57,805 nucleotides of DNA from Dicyema japonicum (taxonomy: Eukaryota > Animalia > Dicyemida), in assembly GCA_011109175.1 (NCBI GenBank), contig RDEW01000049.1:341887-399691 (forward strand), in the 5' to 3' direction. Positions 1 through 13,899 of this stretch are shown here, piece by piece (positions within the stretch are counted from its first letter, which is position 1; every line of letters starts with the position of its first letter). The notes under the pieces are model-generated. The model ran no database searches. It saw nothing but the letters and a program-made list of their open reading frames with translations, and was not told the DNA's origin. The position numbers and the translations under genes were made by a program.

Positions 1-871
1 CTTAAGAAAGATATACGCATAGTCTTGGAATTCTAAGATGAGTTCTTTATTGCTGACGATGGCTTTCGATTTGTTTTATGTTTATCTAACGTCAAATGTT
101 CAAAAAAAATTCAGTTGATTCTCATGTTCTTTAAAACATCAGAACAATTTGCGTATAAAATTGTTAATACAGTCCGACTTCAATTTAAAACGGAGCTCGT
201 GGCGGGAACACCTCAGATTTTGGAACACTTTGTAAGTTCTCTCCCAAAAATATTGAAAACTTCGATGTGGAACTGAATTTATTACTATTTTTATGTCTAG
301 TCATTAATAAAAAATTAAATATTTTTAAATAAAAATCTTCCACATAAATCATTACGAGTCTTGGTTACGAAAAAAAGTTGAAATTGCTCGACAACTCATG
401 GAAAATCATTCAACAAAGTACTTGTTCGGAAATATGAAACGAGTATTGCCGCAATAGCTGGAATAAAAAAACGATGATGTTGCAGATAACCCGTGGGAAT
501 ATTATTTCAAATTTTTGAACTCAAACAAAAACTGATGATTTTTTTAAAACTTTGGATAGTAAAATTCTCGACACATTTCAACATTTACGACTTCAAAATA
601 CTCCAGTTTCTGGTCCTCTTATTAAAAATTGGTAATTTTGTTTTTTATACATCTTAAGCTATGAAAATTGCAACTAAATTGAGCTTTACAAGCTTTAAAG
701 CATCTAATGGATTTTATGTCGCAATGTTGAAGTTTATGTATTTCATTTGCCAATCATTGATAATAGTATCGAAAGTTTGGTAAAATGTTTTTGTGAAATA
801 ATTAAAAATTGCTAGGATAATACCTTAGGAATGAAATACCTGTTGTGTTTGATAATCTGACGGATGATGTT

Positions 872-3800
872 TTTTTACATTTAGAAGTTTATTTTATTAA
901 ACAATAGAAGTCAGGTAGATGCCGCCCTCACTGTGTGGCTGTTCCCTCTCAAAATTGCGAGCGAAATTCGCTCAAATAGCCAGCGGCGTTCACGGAGATC
1001 TCCAGTGCATGAAGTGATCCGGTTTCCAAGATGTCCGAAAAACTCGAGTGTAGAGGGGAGTAGGATCCGGAAGTCTCCATAGCAAGGGGAACAAATTTGA
1101 CATCATCAGGAAGGTCGACGTATTTAACGAGTTTGGCCTTTTCCGCCTTTACGGATGCTGAACAGGCCCTTGTAGCACTCTCGTGAAGATTTTTCTGGGC
1201 GAACGTGTCTGTACATGTCACATCCCAAACCAATGTTACTCGAAAAGTCATCGTCTAATTGCTCTGCCTGCAACATGAGCAATTTGAGAAAGTTTGGAAT
1301 TTCTTGTTCTGCCTGTGGAGTCTTCTTTCACTTCGGGTGTTTGAAGCTCTCTCATGCCTCTATCCGTGCTCTTGGGGTATGGCACTGCCGCTCGTGCCTT
1401 GGAATTGGTTAGGGGTTTCTTAATGGTCACGCGAGTGCATGTACTTCCGGGGAAGACCTTTCCCATTTGGACTCAGATTCGCTGCTCAAAATTATCAATA
1501 AACGCCGGTCATCGAGGAGTATCCCGGTGAAGATCCCTAAAGCAGCCCGCCCCCTAGCTGCTGAAGCCTTAACCAAAGCAATCGACGATGCACTCCACTC
1601 CGACTCTATAAACGACTGGATACGTTTGTTTAATTTTGCTCCTTTCGCTCTTGGCTCTTCCAGAGATCGCAATGGGAAAGAGTCTCTCTCGATTGAGATG
1701 AAGAACAACATCCGCGCATTTATGGATGGAACTCACTTTACGGACCTCACGTCTTTCTGCATCCGATCAACTGAGACTCGGAGTTCAACTCGGGAAACGG
1801 AGATTTTCGCCTAAGAAGGACCGTACGATCGAAGTTGCTTGAAGGAGGTACCCGATCCGCATTGAAGGCCCTCTCACTTTCAGATGGACCACGCAATCCA
1901 ACCATTGATACGTACAAGACTCTATTAGGGAAACATCCACCCTCTCCGAATGACCTACACCATTGCTCGCCCCCATCAGAATTGACCCTTTTGACCACGT
2001 CGCCTGAGGATGTCATCACGGCGTTATGGAACTTTGCACCAAGTAGCTGTGGAGGTCTCGATGGCTCAAGGCCCGTTCATCTTAAAGACCTTATTTCACC
2101 GACTATTGGAGACCAAGCAAGTCGTCTTTCATACTCACTCATTTTCTTATGAACAGGATATTATCTGGACATTTGCCTGATTTGATACGTCATATCTTGT
2201 TTTCGGCTAGTCTGATTGCCGTCGACAAGAAGGGAGGTGGAATCCGCCCGATCGCGGTCGGATTCACTTTCAGAAGACTAGCAGCCAAGATTGCTTCCAG
2301 ATCTTGTCAAAATCCTTACTTCCCAGTCAAGTTGGAGTCGGAGTTCGTCTTGGATGTGAGGCAGCCGTTCACTCCGTCAGAAGATTCAGGAACAGCAGCA
2401 TTCAAGACTTTAAAAGGCTCATTATGGTAAAACGGGACATCAAGAACGCTTTTAACAGCTTAAGAAGAGACTGCATTCTGGAGGCCTGCAAGGAAAGATG
2501 TCCGTACATATTTGAACTGATCAATTATTCATACGGAAAACCTTCATAACTATTGCACAGGGATTTCATAGTTCCATCGTCCTCAGGTGTTCAACAGGGC
2601 GACCCCCTCGGACCACTGCTGTTCTCCCTCGGCATTGAGAGGATCACGAAGCTCTCTAGATGCCCACTCAACATCTGGTACCTCGATGACGCTGTCTTAG
2701 GAGGTCCCCCGGAAACGGTCTTCCAGGACTTAGAAGTACTCATCCCCGCGCTGTCCGAGGTGGGTCTTCAGTTGAATATAACGAAATGTGAAATAACAAA
2801 CTGTGGTCTTGCTGACGATGACTTCTCTTCAATTGTTCAAAAATTTTACTCCTTGTATCCCGGTGGGATTTCGACCCCTGAAAATGAATTGATTTTTCTT
2901 GGATCCCCGATCACTAGTAATGCGATGAAGCATGTCCTCCTTGACAAAAAACGACTCCTATGCGATTCGCTGGAAAGATTACAGCTGCTGGACTTGCACA
3001 CAGCACTATTCCTATTGAAAAGAAGTCTCAACATCCAGAGAATCTCCTATCTACTAAGGACAGCTCCATATTATTCTCAACTGGAGCTGCTCGAGAATTT
3101 TGATTTGTCTCTCCTCAGCTCGACGGAGCAAATATTTAATGTCCGATTCGACGATGATACATGGATGCAGGCTACACTCCCAGTTAGATTCGGGGGTCTT
3201 GGAATCCGTCGAACTTTGGACGTCTCACTTCCCGCTCATTTATCATCACTCACGGCCTGCGAACCTTTGGTCAGGAGGATTCTACACTCCCCACCCGAAT
3301 TCTCAACTGACCAAGAGATAATCCACGCACGAGAAGCCTGGAATGCCACCAACCTCCCCCTGCCTCCTTCCCAAGATCGCCAGCGAAACCTGGACAACTT
3401 ATTATGCTGGAAATCATTTGGACTCTTACAGGAATCTGCCAATCAGCACTGACGCGCTTGTTTGCTTTCGGGGCTTCCCCTGAGAGCGGAGCTTGGCTAA
3501 ACGCCATCCCCAATGGAGCTTTGGGCACTTTTCTGGATGATGAATGCGTTAGAACTGGTATCTCTCTGCGGCTGGGACTAAAAGTATGTGTACCTCACCC
3601 GTGCCGATGTGGCACCCTGATAGACTGCTATGTCCTGCACCCTCTCGCCTGCAGGAGAAGCGCTGGCAGATCCCAAAGGCACAAGGCTCTGAATGAAATT
3701 GTCAGGCGAGCTATGGATGCTGCTGGATACTCGGCCATTCTTGAACCGGTCGGGTTATGCAGAAGTGACGGGAAACGACCGGACGGGATGACCATATTTC

Positions 3801-3908
3801 CATTTGAGGCCGGGAAACCACTGGTTTGGGATGTGACATGTACAGACACGTTCGCCCAGAAAAATCTTCACGACAGTGCTACAAGGGCCTGTTCAGTATC
3901 CGTAAAGG
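872..3908. mobile_element. CRE-clade non-LTR retrotransposon CRE-A with twin-priming inversion (3' piece 872-1232 on -, inverted 5' piece 1233-3912 on +)
   Basis: PHD finger, RT (QQGDPLGPLLF, WYLDD), LPVRFGGLGI, HPLACRRSAGR..RH, RLE motifs KRPDG and LVWDVTC, terminal RGNSH. TSD CGGATGATGTT at 861-871 and 3909-3919. AATAAA and short A-tail on - strand. Several frameshifts. Confidence 0.92.
1233..1412 (+). pseudogene. N-terminal C4HC3 PHD finger of CRE-A ORF
   Basis: CSAC-x10-CSAC-x4-H-x2-C...WHCRSC. Confidence 0.8.
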
Positions 3909-4380
3909 CGGATGATGTTATAGAACAAATTGTTGACGAAGAATTAGAAAGTACGGAAGGCAGCAATAATGAATAAATTTTTTATAACGGTATGCAAAAT
4001 AAAAAGACGACGATCAAAGAAGTAGTATAAAAATTAATGAATTAACAGAATTAGTTCTAAATATTGATCCAAGTACGTAATAGGATTTTTACTGCTTCAA
4101 ACAAAATTTTTCAGTAGTTTAAAGAAAAACAATGGATGTGGAAATATAATTGATGATTAATTTTCAATAAATAATGACTTTATAAGACTTTCTTGCATTA
4201 ATTAAATTATTAAATTTAAATTGGTTTTAATTTTTTGACAGAACCTCGGTTTTTGGAACATGCTCAGTTTTTGGAACACTTGTGTTGTAAATTTAAGTTC
4301 AACTGTACAATTCTAGGTCATTCGTGTAATTCAGTTCAAGCAATATTAACTGAATCAATCAAAGTCGATTAGGTAATAAA

Positions 4381-4830
4381 AAGATAACGGAAGCTTTTGT
4401 AAAAGCAAACATCCCGCTATACAAATTAAATAATGATTCGATCAAAAAAAGTGTTTATAACAATTAAAATTAACATTCCGTCCGTATTTCCATGCAGAAC
4501 TGCGGTTAAGTTTTTTGCAGAAAAAAAGATAAATGAGTTGACAAATTATTAACGTATTAAAATTTATTTTTAACTTTCAGAAACGAAAATATTTTTAAAA
4601 TAATTGATGAAACAGATATACGAAGGAAAAGTTTTGTAGTGATTCTAAATGGAAGCATTCGTTTTCCAACAAAATCCTATTTGGTTGAATGCAAACCACT
4701 GGAAAATAATACTACTGCTGTTATCATCTGCTAGTTAATAGATGACGTCATTAGAGAAATGAAGATTATTCGTAACAATCATTATCTATTAATATCTGAT
4801 GCTTACATAAAAAATCTTTATCAAAATTAC
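4381..4830 (+). mobile_element. Degenerate hAT-type (CGGBP1-related) transposase remnant
   Basis: Fragments KITEAFVKANIPLYKLNND, IIDETD and LLISDAY across broken frames. Confidence 0.45.
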
Positions 4831-7041
4831 TACGGATAAGTAATGTAGACAAAATAGGCAGATGAGATCTCCCATGGTTTGGATAAGAGTAATTTGATAA
4901 CAAGACACAGGGGTTTCCAACCGAGTAATTCATGTTGTTTAAGGCTGGATAAAGGCTATAGTTTTAGCAGTTGACGACAATAAGTCAAAAAATAATCAAA
5001 TGTCTCTGAAATATAAGTTTTTGACAAAGGAATTATCAAGAATTTTTTATTGCCGTACCACAAATTCACTTTGAACTCATGTATTGGTTGTTCTTGATAT
5101 TTGTAAGGGTTCCAAGTATTCATCTTTTATATACGACAAATTTCTTGGAATATATCTATCCCTTTTTTTAAGTGGTGAAGTGATCATAACGAAAGAAATT
5201 CTTCATAAATTTTAAAATCCTGCATTACTTCCTTTACAAACACAATGTAGAGCAGTCATTAGCCAATGGATAGTAAACAATTTTTTGCCAGCACTAAAAA
5301 TATTTATTTCATAAAGATTCCTCAACAAGCAATTCAATGAATACTATATAGATTCAATTCTTCAAATAACTGTATCATTGCTGACAGGATTCTCGAAGCC
5401 ATTCAAGTAGGACTTTTAAAGTTATAAAGGACTTCTGGAAATTTCCCTGGATTTCCTATTCCACATAAACTGAGGAGGAAACCCATGAGACTACGAGGAT
5501 TCATTTAAAAGACAAACATGATTGTGTGAGCTCGAGATAAACAGAGCTCTCTGTTGGAACGTGTACAGTATCACGTGGTTGTTAGTTAGTTGTTACTGTG
5601 GTCTCTAGAATTTTTCATTTATTCATGAAATTGTTGCTCTCATAATAAAGAGAATAAGATAACAAAATCATGAGAAACATGTAATATTGAATAACTTTTT
5701 CTAAAAATTATTAATTATAATTATTCCAATTCTTCATTTGCACTAAAAACAGAATGACATGTAGCCTGACGAAATCCGTAACATTTCTATTAACTTTGGA
5801 CAGAAAATGTCCTAAAAGTCAATTGAAATAGAGGTGGATGGGAAAACACATCATTTATGAGTGGAAAATAATTCTGGAAGTAATTTTAATACATCTATGT
5901 GTTTTCCGTGTAACATGAGAAATGTGATAATCTAATTAAAAAACAAATCAAACTACAGAAATTCTTAACAACGTTGGGAAATAAGAATAATGCCGTGCTG
6001 AAAAAAATTTTATTCGCAATGTATTTAGTCAAACACTTCCTATGCAATTATCTTAATAGTTTTATTATTCCGACAAATGCTCAGAAAGTCGTGGCTATAA
6101 AAAAGTCTTTTGAGTCAGAAAAAAAAGTATAATTTAAAAGACAGGATGCTAACCGTCCTAGATATTATAATCCGAATAAATAAATGACTTAGAGTTAACA
6201 TTATGCAACCCGATCCAAAGGAGATTGTGTAGGATATAGGATTCGCCGGATTACTTATTTTGTTTTAATGAATTTATAAAATGTTTAATTAAACAAAAAA
6301 TTATAATTTCATTTGCGGTTTTACTAATTAACATGTATTTCAATATATCAGAATGTTAAAATGATAAATATTCATATTTCACGAATTTCTTATAATTTTC
6401 TAAAACTTATAGAAAAATATTCGATTGTGTTTCCGCACAATTATTACTTTCTGTGTTACATAATTGTACGAAAAATTCTAAAACATAAAGTAAAATCCAA
6501 AATATTAAACATTCATACTTAACAAAATTACTTCTCCATTTTTCAAATGGTAAACATGTAGAAATATATCGTTTGTTTCCCCACAATTATTATTTTCTGA
6601 GTTAGATAATTAAAAAAATAAATTTTTGGTTACTGACTCATCATGATGCTATCTTAATTTAAATCCAATTCTTTTTCAATTTCTTCTAACAATCCTTTGC
6701 TTGGCTTTAAATTTAATCTTGTTTCTTTATCTTTAATATGGTCAAGAAAATAGATTTTGTCGATTGAGTACGTTTTGAGAATCTTCTTGTGCACCTAGAG
6801 TACCAGTTTGCACAGCTGCACAAATCATAGGTGTGGACGATTAAAAAGACATGTGAATTAATTATATTGTCTTGATAGTTCTCCTTTAATAATAAAAGTT
6901 TTAGTGTTTTTTTTTAATTCAAAAATCAAAAAAAATATGAATGAAACAAAATTCCCCAAGTCATGTTACACACTTCAATAATAATTGGTGAATAATTTGC
7001 ATATAAATGAGTTTTTAAACGATTTCTGAAATTTCAAAAAA

Positions 7042-7915
7042 ATGAATTTCCTGTTTTACACATTATTCTGTACTTTCGTTGGTAATTAATTTTGAAACAT
7101 TTTTAGATAACAGACACTTAACCCGAAGATTCGATATCGCTGTTGTTCTTGATATCAAATTTGTTTTAATTTAATATTTTACATATATAGCAAAAAGGTT
7201 TTGACTATAATGAAGGCCGAATGAGACAGTATATAAATAAGTTGTTCGACTTGTCACAAAAAGTATATAATTGGTAACAATTCAGTATTTTGGCGCAATC
7301 AAAATACAATTAAACTCGCAAAAATTTACTTCACTAACGACACTGCACCAAGTGATCTTGACGATGCCGGTCAGTACGCTTATAAAAATAAATATTTAAA
7401 TGGGGTAGAAACAGCAGTATTCTTTGAGTAATTATTCAATTTAATTCTTAGAGGTACTGCTTTCAAAGATCAATCGGGTCAATCTAAATCGGGAGTCGCA
7501 TATATAGGAAGTGTTTGCATAGCTAAATCAGTAGCAATTCTTTTCCAAAAAAGCACCGATCAAGAGACTTCAGATACTATGTCTCATGAGTTATTTCACG
7601 TGCTTGGGTTTTGGCACGTCTTATCGACGGAAAGTAATTGCAATAAGAATTGTTTAATGAATAAAGATGTATATAAGAATGTGTATAAATTTTTCTAATT
7701 TTTAGACACGTGTCGAAATATACAATCGACAAAGCGTCTTCACTGGAAAAAAAATGGGGATGCCTTGCATCGAGTAATTACATGTTTAAATTTTAGTTAA
7801 TGTTAATAATGATGTCGCCGATGATGCTGGGACCAAGTCTAATTATGAGTTAAATGGAGCAAATTTCTGGATTTACGGATTCATTCTCTTCCCGATACAA
7901 TATTTACTCAATTAA
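7042..7915 (+). pseudogene. M12B/reprolysin-type zinc metalloprotease paralog 1 (one homopolymer frameshift near 7310; may be an assembly error)
   Basis: Signal peptide MNFLFYTLFCTFV; six 23-28 nt GT-AG introns; HELFHVLGFWH; Met-turn CLMN; hydrophobic C-terminal tail. Confidence 0.85.
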
Positions 7916-8029
7916 ATTCTCTAACTATTACTAATTATCTAATAACAATCTTTATTTAAAATCCACATATTATTCCAGTATGACCTTGGTTAGGGAATTA
8001 ATTTATAAAAAGTATACAAAAACAGGCGA

Positions 8030-8290
8030 ATTGCCTTGAGACGGGTTGGAAAACCACGATATTTGCTTAAGGACCAAATGCAGACTGGTTAATACAATCG
8101 TGTTCCCGGTTTTTCTATACGACGCAAAATCATGGATACTGAAAAAAGCGGAAAACGAAAAAATGATGTTTTTGAACTTTGGTGCTCGATGGGTTTACTA
8201 AGAATCCCTTGGACTTCCAAAATAACAAACACCGATGTACTCAAACGGGTGGAGACGGACATTTCGCTAGAAGGAAGAATCGTAAACATA
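8030..8290 (+). mobile_element. RTE-clade LINE 3' fragment
   Basis: TKCRLVNTIVFPVFLY...FELWC..LLRIPWTSKITNTDVLKR. Confidence 0.7.
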
Positions 8291-8399
8291 TTCTATGGCG
8301 TTCCATGCTTTTAAGATAAGATTAAAGTTATAGAGAAAAAATCGACATTTGAATCGAACAGAAATTTCGTATCAACAACAAAATGTTCTAATTGAATAG

Positions 8400-11140
8400 A
8401 TGTCCTTCTATAGGAAGTCAGGACAAAATATTATTAATGCCTCAGTTGATAATTAAAAATGCGCAGATTTTTGGGAAGAATTATGGAAAAGGAGGAATCT
8501 AAATTATTAAAGTTTTAATATCGGAAAGAGAATAACTGGTGTTGAAAATGTGTCTGTTGAATTCTTGATAAATGTTTTTGAACACACGATTCAATATTTG
8601 CTGAATTGGAAGCCCCAGGTTGTGATGGATCTACAATTTCTTCCTTAAGAAATTTACCTCGCTACATAAATTTATCTATACCAAAATGCTTAGGATTGTA
8701 GACGAAGAGTGCGTCTCTGGAAACTGGTTTTTTACTGGAATTCCGTACTTGTTACCAAAATGCGAAGCGCCAGAGTCGCCAAAGGACTTGCGCCCTATTA
8801 CATGCATGTCGTCACTCTATAAACTTATGACAAAGTATATAAATGAAGCTAACGGATTATGTGGAAGCGTTTTGTTTTCTTTCTGAATACCAGATGGGAA
8901 AAAATTCAGAACTGTACAAAAGATGTGGCTTAAGGCCATTAAGAGGCTAGATTGAGACTTTTTGGTCACATCTACGAATGATATGTTGACTCCACCAAAC
9001 ATTGCAATGGAGAACTATTTCGCACAACTGAATGGATCATTCCGTGGCAGGCCTAGAGTGACGTTGCCTTCAGTACTAAATGATGACTAATCCGAATAAA
9101 CAAAACTCTACGAAATGGTCAAGATCTTGACTCACTACGAGCAATGGCCCGGAACAGGGGAACATGGAAGAGGATGTGTGGGAGGATACTGGACGTGGCA
9201 CAAGGGGAACTTAATTAATCTAATTAATTTTTGATTTCCCGGGAGTGCTTAAAAAAAGATGGGAACAAGGAAGAGATGTCAGAATGCTAAGAACAGGCAC
9301 TAGTCAATAAATCACTTAATAAAATAAATGGAGGTGGAATAAAGGCTGCATGGATTGACGTCAAAAAAACATTTGACTCGGGTGACCACAACTTTTTAAT
9401 GGAAGTCCTTGAAAAATCCGGAATCCCCGAATGGATTATTAAAGTTGTGAGATTACTGATTATGCATTGGAGAGAATCTAATGTTGAATAATAAAAATAT
9501 TCGTGATATTCAGATTGAAAAAAGAATTTTGCCGGGGGAGGGGGATAGTCTATCTCCGTTTACAGATGATCTGTCTGTCTCGTCATTCTCAATTAATCAT
9601 CTTTTATTTATTGACGATTTAAAACTTATTTCGATAGTAAGATGTTATTGTCAAGATGATGGAAGATGTTAATTTGTACTTCAGTGCTCTGGGGTTGGAA
9701 AGGAATCTAGAAAAGTAGGCTACAAATGTCTTGTTATCAGATGAAGCCAAGTTGTTAGAGGAATGGATGTATATAAATACCTCGGTGTATTGGAAGGTAC
9801 TTCCGGACAAATTCAAAAGTTATAAATGTTAAAAATATTTTTTTCGCAAGTAAACCAAAGAATTGAGAAATGGTGAATACCAAACTAAATGCAGTGAATT
9901 TGTTTAAGAGTATTAACGAACATGCTCTGTCTTTATATAACTATTATATTGGACTCATTAATGTGGAACCCTGTGAATACGATTTAATTGACTCAGCTAT
10001 CCTCACCATATTGATTAAACATCGAGTCCATCTTAAACCTGCATCTAAGCAGAGGCTTTATTTAACGAGGAATTACCTTGGGAAAGAGCTACGCTCAATC
10101 TCTTTTAAGTGAAAAGATGTTATATAGATTTTTTCATGATTTGAAACTCAGAATTACAGTTTGCAATAGAAGTCCCGCAATTCTTCAAGCCGAAATTTAA
10201 GAAAAATTACATTTGGCATTAATTGAAGAATTTCTAAGGCAAAAATGTTCTGTTTACGACACTTTTGAGTCGGATAGAAAATTGATTTCGAACATGCAAA
10301 AAGAAGGTTTAATGAATCAAATAAGATTGTAGAGTTTTCATTCCGTTATTTATAAGAATTTGTTGGAGGATTATGTGAATATAGAGCATTCCTCTCATTG
10401 GTTTCTAAAAGGGGATAACTTGCCAAGGTCGGAAGCCTTATCTGCCTTATTCAAGATAGGAATCTGTTCTTTGGAGAACAAAATGCAATGTGCACCCATT
10501 GTAAAAAATGGAAGAAGATCGTGGATCCTTGTGCCACAAGGTGTGAAAAGATATTACATGGGGATTATGTAAGAAGACATAACGAAGTCGTGAGGTGTCT
10601 ACATTTCCACATTTGCAGAGAGTTTGGTCTCAAAAACAAGAAGAAACTGAAGACTCATTCAGTGCAATCCATTGTAATAAATGACTCAGTTGAAATCAGA
10701 GTTGACACTTTATCAAAACGGACATAATTATTGAGCATAACAAGCCAGACTGTTCGTTTTTGATAAAAGGAGAAACAAAATTACCTTGGTCGAAGTAGGA
10801 ATAACATCTTCCCAAAATCTACAGCAGGTGGAATGCGAAAAGCTGAGGAAGTATGACTTCTTTCCAAGGAGCTGGAGTTGATACACCACGCAGAGGACAA
10901 GATTGTCCCGATTGTACTCACTTGGGATAGCCTAGTGACTTTACATTCGTGAAAGTATGCCAGATCTTTGAATATAAGTGAAAGAATGTGTGCGTATGTT
11001 CAATCGCTGGTAATCAAAAAAACTTTGGAGAGTATGATTGTATCATATAGGAACGAAGTCGACGTTTCGCAGCGTTATGATAAACTTAATAAGGATAAAA
11101 TATTTACTCTAGGTCTGATTATGAAGAAATTCGAAGAATA
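8400..11140 (+). mobile_element. Degenerate R4/Dong-like RLE non-LTR retrotransposon
   Basis: GIPYLLPK..DLRPITCMSSLYKL; GDSLSP; NHLLFIDDLKL; LKPASKQRLYL; degenerate CCHC followed by YVRRHNEVVRCLH; KPD..EVGITS..EKLRKYD endonuclease region; many stops. Confidence 0.8.
8880..9220 (+). mobile_element. RTE-like LINE 3' end nested in the R4-like element
   Basis: RLRLFGH..GRPRVTLPSVL..DLDSLRAMA..W, homologous to the ORFs at 18509-18893. Confidence 0.6.
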
Positions 11141-12188
11141 GTGTGAGCGAACTGATAACAATATATATTGAGGAAAAGGAAAAGGACTGTGACAATTGGG
11201 TTTACTCCCATAGTTGCTCGAAGAGGAAACGAATTGGATAGAGAACATTTTTATTAGAATGAACCTTTTAAGATAGTAAAATAATAATTTAAAAAAACAT
11301 CAATTTTAAAGCGCCAATCATAAATTTTTGTACATTTCCAAATTTGGAAAAATTAGAAAAAATATGGATGCCACGTCATTCATGGATTAACATGTACATT
11401 GGAACAATGTCAGAGCATAAAGAATAACATTGAAATTGCAACAAAGTACGCAAAACGTAATAACATGGACATTTTGTAACATTATTTACAATAGTTGGTT
11501 ATAATACATGTACATTCATCTTATTTGACCTTGTAACTGGTTATACTTTATATACAGGGTTTTTCATATTTAACAATATATACTTAAGGTTAGATTAATT
11601 AAATATTTAGTATTTATTCGATTCTTATCAGATGTGGCATACAGTATGGTCAGGTTCGATTTTTGTAAGGCACAAAATTAGTTGAAGTTTGAAATGTCGA
11701 CTGAGTAGAACTATCGAATTACTAGTTAGATAACTCACGAACATTCTTGCAAATAAATCATTTTACCAGTTGATCTCTACGACAATATGTGATGATAATC
11801 AGCGACTAGAACTCAATGCTCTTGTCGGTTACATATTTAAAACAATTTGATATGAAGAGAGTAAAAATTTGATGATACACAATGACAAAATAGAGGACAT
11901 TGAGTAACGCACACATAGTAAAAATATTTTTAAAAATTGGACAGCCACCAGAAGTAGTTGTCAAAGACAGAGTAGATGGCGACAGAATTCTTGTGAACAA
12001 AGAAGCATTTATAAGTTATCGTAGACACAAGAATATGTACTATGGTCCTCACCGCATGAGCTAATTACTTGACCATTTTCAACTTAATTCTAAAACAGAA
12101 CGTGAATATTATTTCGCGGAGGAAACATTATTAAACTTTTTACTATTTTTTTAATTTGTTAATAATTAGAATTAGTTAAGGAAATAAT

Positions 12189-13074
12189 CTAATTAAATAA
12201 TCCAAGTCCCTAAAATATCCTCATATATTGTACCAGGACGACGAAGAAGGCGTAAATCCCTAAATTAGCTCCATTTGACTCATGATTTGGTTGTGGCTTC
12301 TTTGTCATCATCAACATAACCTACAAGTAAAGCGAGTCAATACTCGGCAAATCGTAAAGGCACCCCCAGTTAGCTTTAGTGTTTTCGCTCGGTCGATAGT
12401 TAATTTTGACACGTGTCTGAAAATTACGAAAATTTATACTCATTGGGATAAATATAAGAATTCATTAAACAATTTTTATTGCAATTGCTTTCAGTCGCTT
12501 GCACGTGATGAAATCCAAGTACGTGGAATAACTCATGAGACATAATTTCTGCAGTTTTCTCTTGAGTCGATGGTTTCAAAACGAGTGCCACAGATCCAAT
12601 GTCACAAATCCATCCCACCATTGCGACTCCCAGTTCATTTTCATTCTGATCTTTGACAATAACATTTCTGAGAATAAGTTTGAATAAATACTTAAAGAAT
12701 ACAACTGCGTCTGCATCACGAAGGAGGTTTTTTATCCTTTGCGTATAAGGAACCTCCGTAGGGATTATTTGATGTAGTTTCGTTGGTAAAGTAAAATTTT
12801 TTAAGTTTTAATTCTATTTGGATCGCCTCAAAATACTGAATTATGCTCAATACATACTTTTTGAGACAATTCGAACAGTCTTTTGATGTACTGTCTCATT
12901 TGGTCTTCATTGTGGTTGTAACCTCTTTGCTATATGTAAATATTAATGAAAACAAAAGTTTCATCAAGAACAGTGGTGATCTCAAATCTTTTGGATAGAT
13001 GCGTGTTATCTAAATTTTTTGGAAATAAATTACCAATAACAGCACAAAATAATGTGTAAAACAGAAAAACTCAT
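12189..13074 (-). pseudogene. M12B metalloprotease paralog 2 (at least two frameshifts)
   Basis: Same exon-intron layout as paralogs 1 and 3; HELFHVLGFHH; CLMN; extra T after the start codon and a frameshift in exon 6. Confidence 0.85.
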
Positions 13075-13899
13075 TTTCTCAAATTGGAGAACTTCAAAAT
13101 TAGTTTATAAAGTGAAATTTTGAGCAATTATTGTTGAAGCGCGAAATTTGAATTTTAGCTTATTAATTTAACACACCAAATCAACTATATTCAATTTTAT
13201 GCCTTCAAAATGTTCTTGATTATTAAAATAAACTGATTCAGTTAAATGAATTAATCTGGGTTTTCAAGACCAAGTGAGAAGTGCGTAACTTCGATCCGAG
13301 AAATTTTAACATCGAGGCCATAATTAATTAAATTTACTCGCCATGTGACTACCACACATTTATCGCTTAATTTGTGTTGCTAATGTCAGAGAATTTCACA
13401 AATGAAAATATACAAGTTATTTTCAGTATGTACAACAATTGTTTTCAAACAAATTTTAAAAATTTGATGTTCGACAAAAAAGTCTATCGGATCATAGCGG
13501 AATTCCAAAAATACGGGAAAAAAATATCAAACAACCAAAGGAAGTGCAAAAATATGCGATATTTTTTGTTCGAGAATTTCTAATGAAATATTCATATAAA
13601 TATAAAAAATATCGGGTACGGCTATTTTATTACCACCTAAATGATTCAATCATGCTTTTAGAAAATCAAAATATTATTTGGAACATTAAAATTAATTCAT
13701 TAATTTTTTCTTAAAATTATGGTTTTTTGTCGTTTTTTTAATTTCTTGGATTGATGTGACGGATTCTCGCAGTGATGTAAATGTGTTCTCATATCTGTGT
13801 TTTCCTTGCAAATTAGAATTTGCCAATCTATAAATTATTTATTAAAATTCAGAAAGCAAGAAATTCCCTGGTTTCCGGTCAATTTGAAAATTACTGTAG

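Larger units (their letters stand above)
170..4305 (+). mobile_element. Internally deleted pogo/Tigger-like DNA transposon, interrupted by CRE-A
   Basis: TA|CAGTCCGACTTCAATTTA at 168-187 versus TAAATTTAAGTTCAACTG|TA ending at 4307 (imperfect TIR, TA TSD). Subterminal TTTTGGAACA repeats. CENP-B-type HTH remnants (RLQNTPVSGPLIK; FKASNGF). Rejoining the CRE-A flanks gives an acidic C-terminus DNLTDDVIEQIVDEELES. Confidence 0.7.

Noticed and set aside
5520-5610. Short similarity to 16155-16260 as possible LTR ends
   Set aside because: No TG..CA termini, PBS/PPT or TSD identified.
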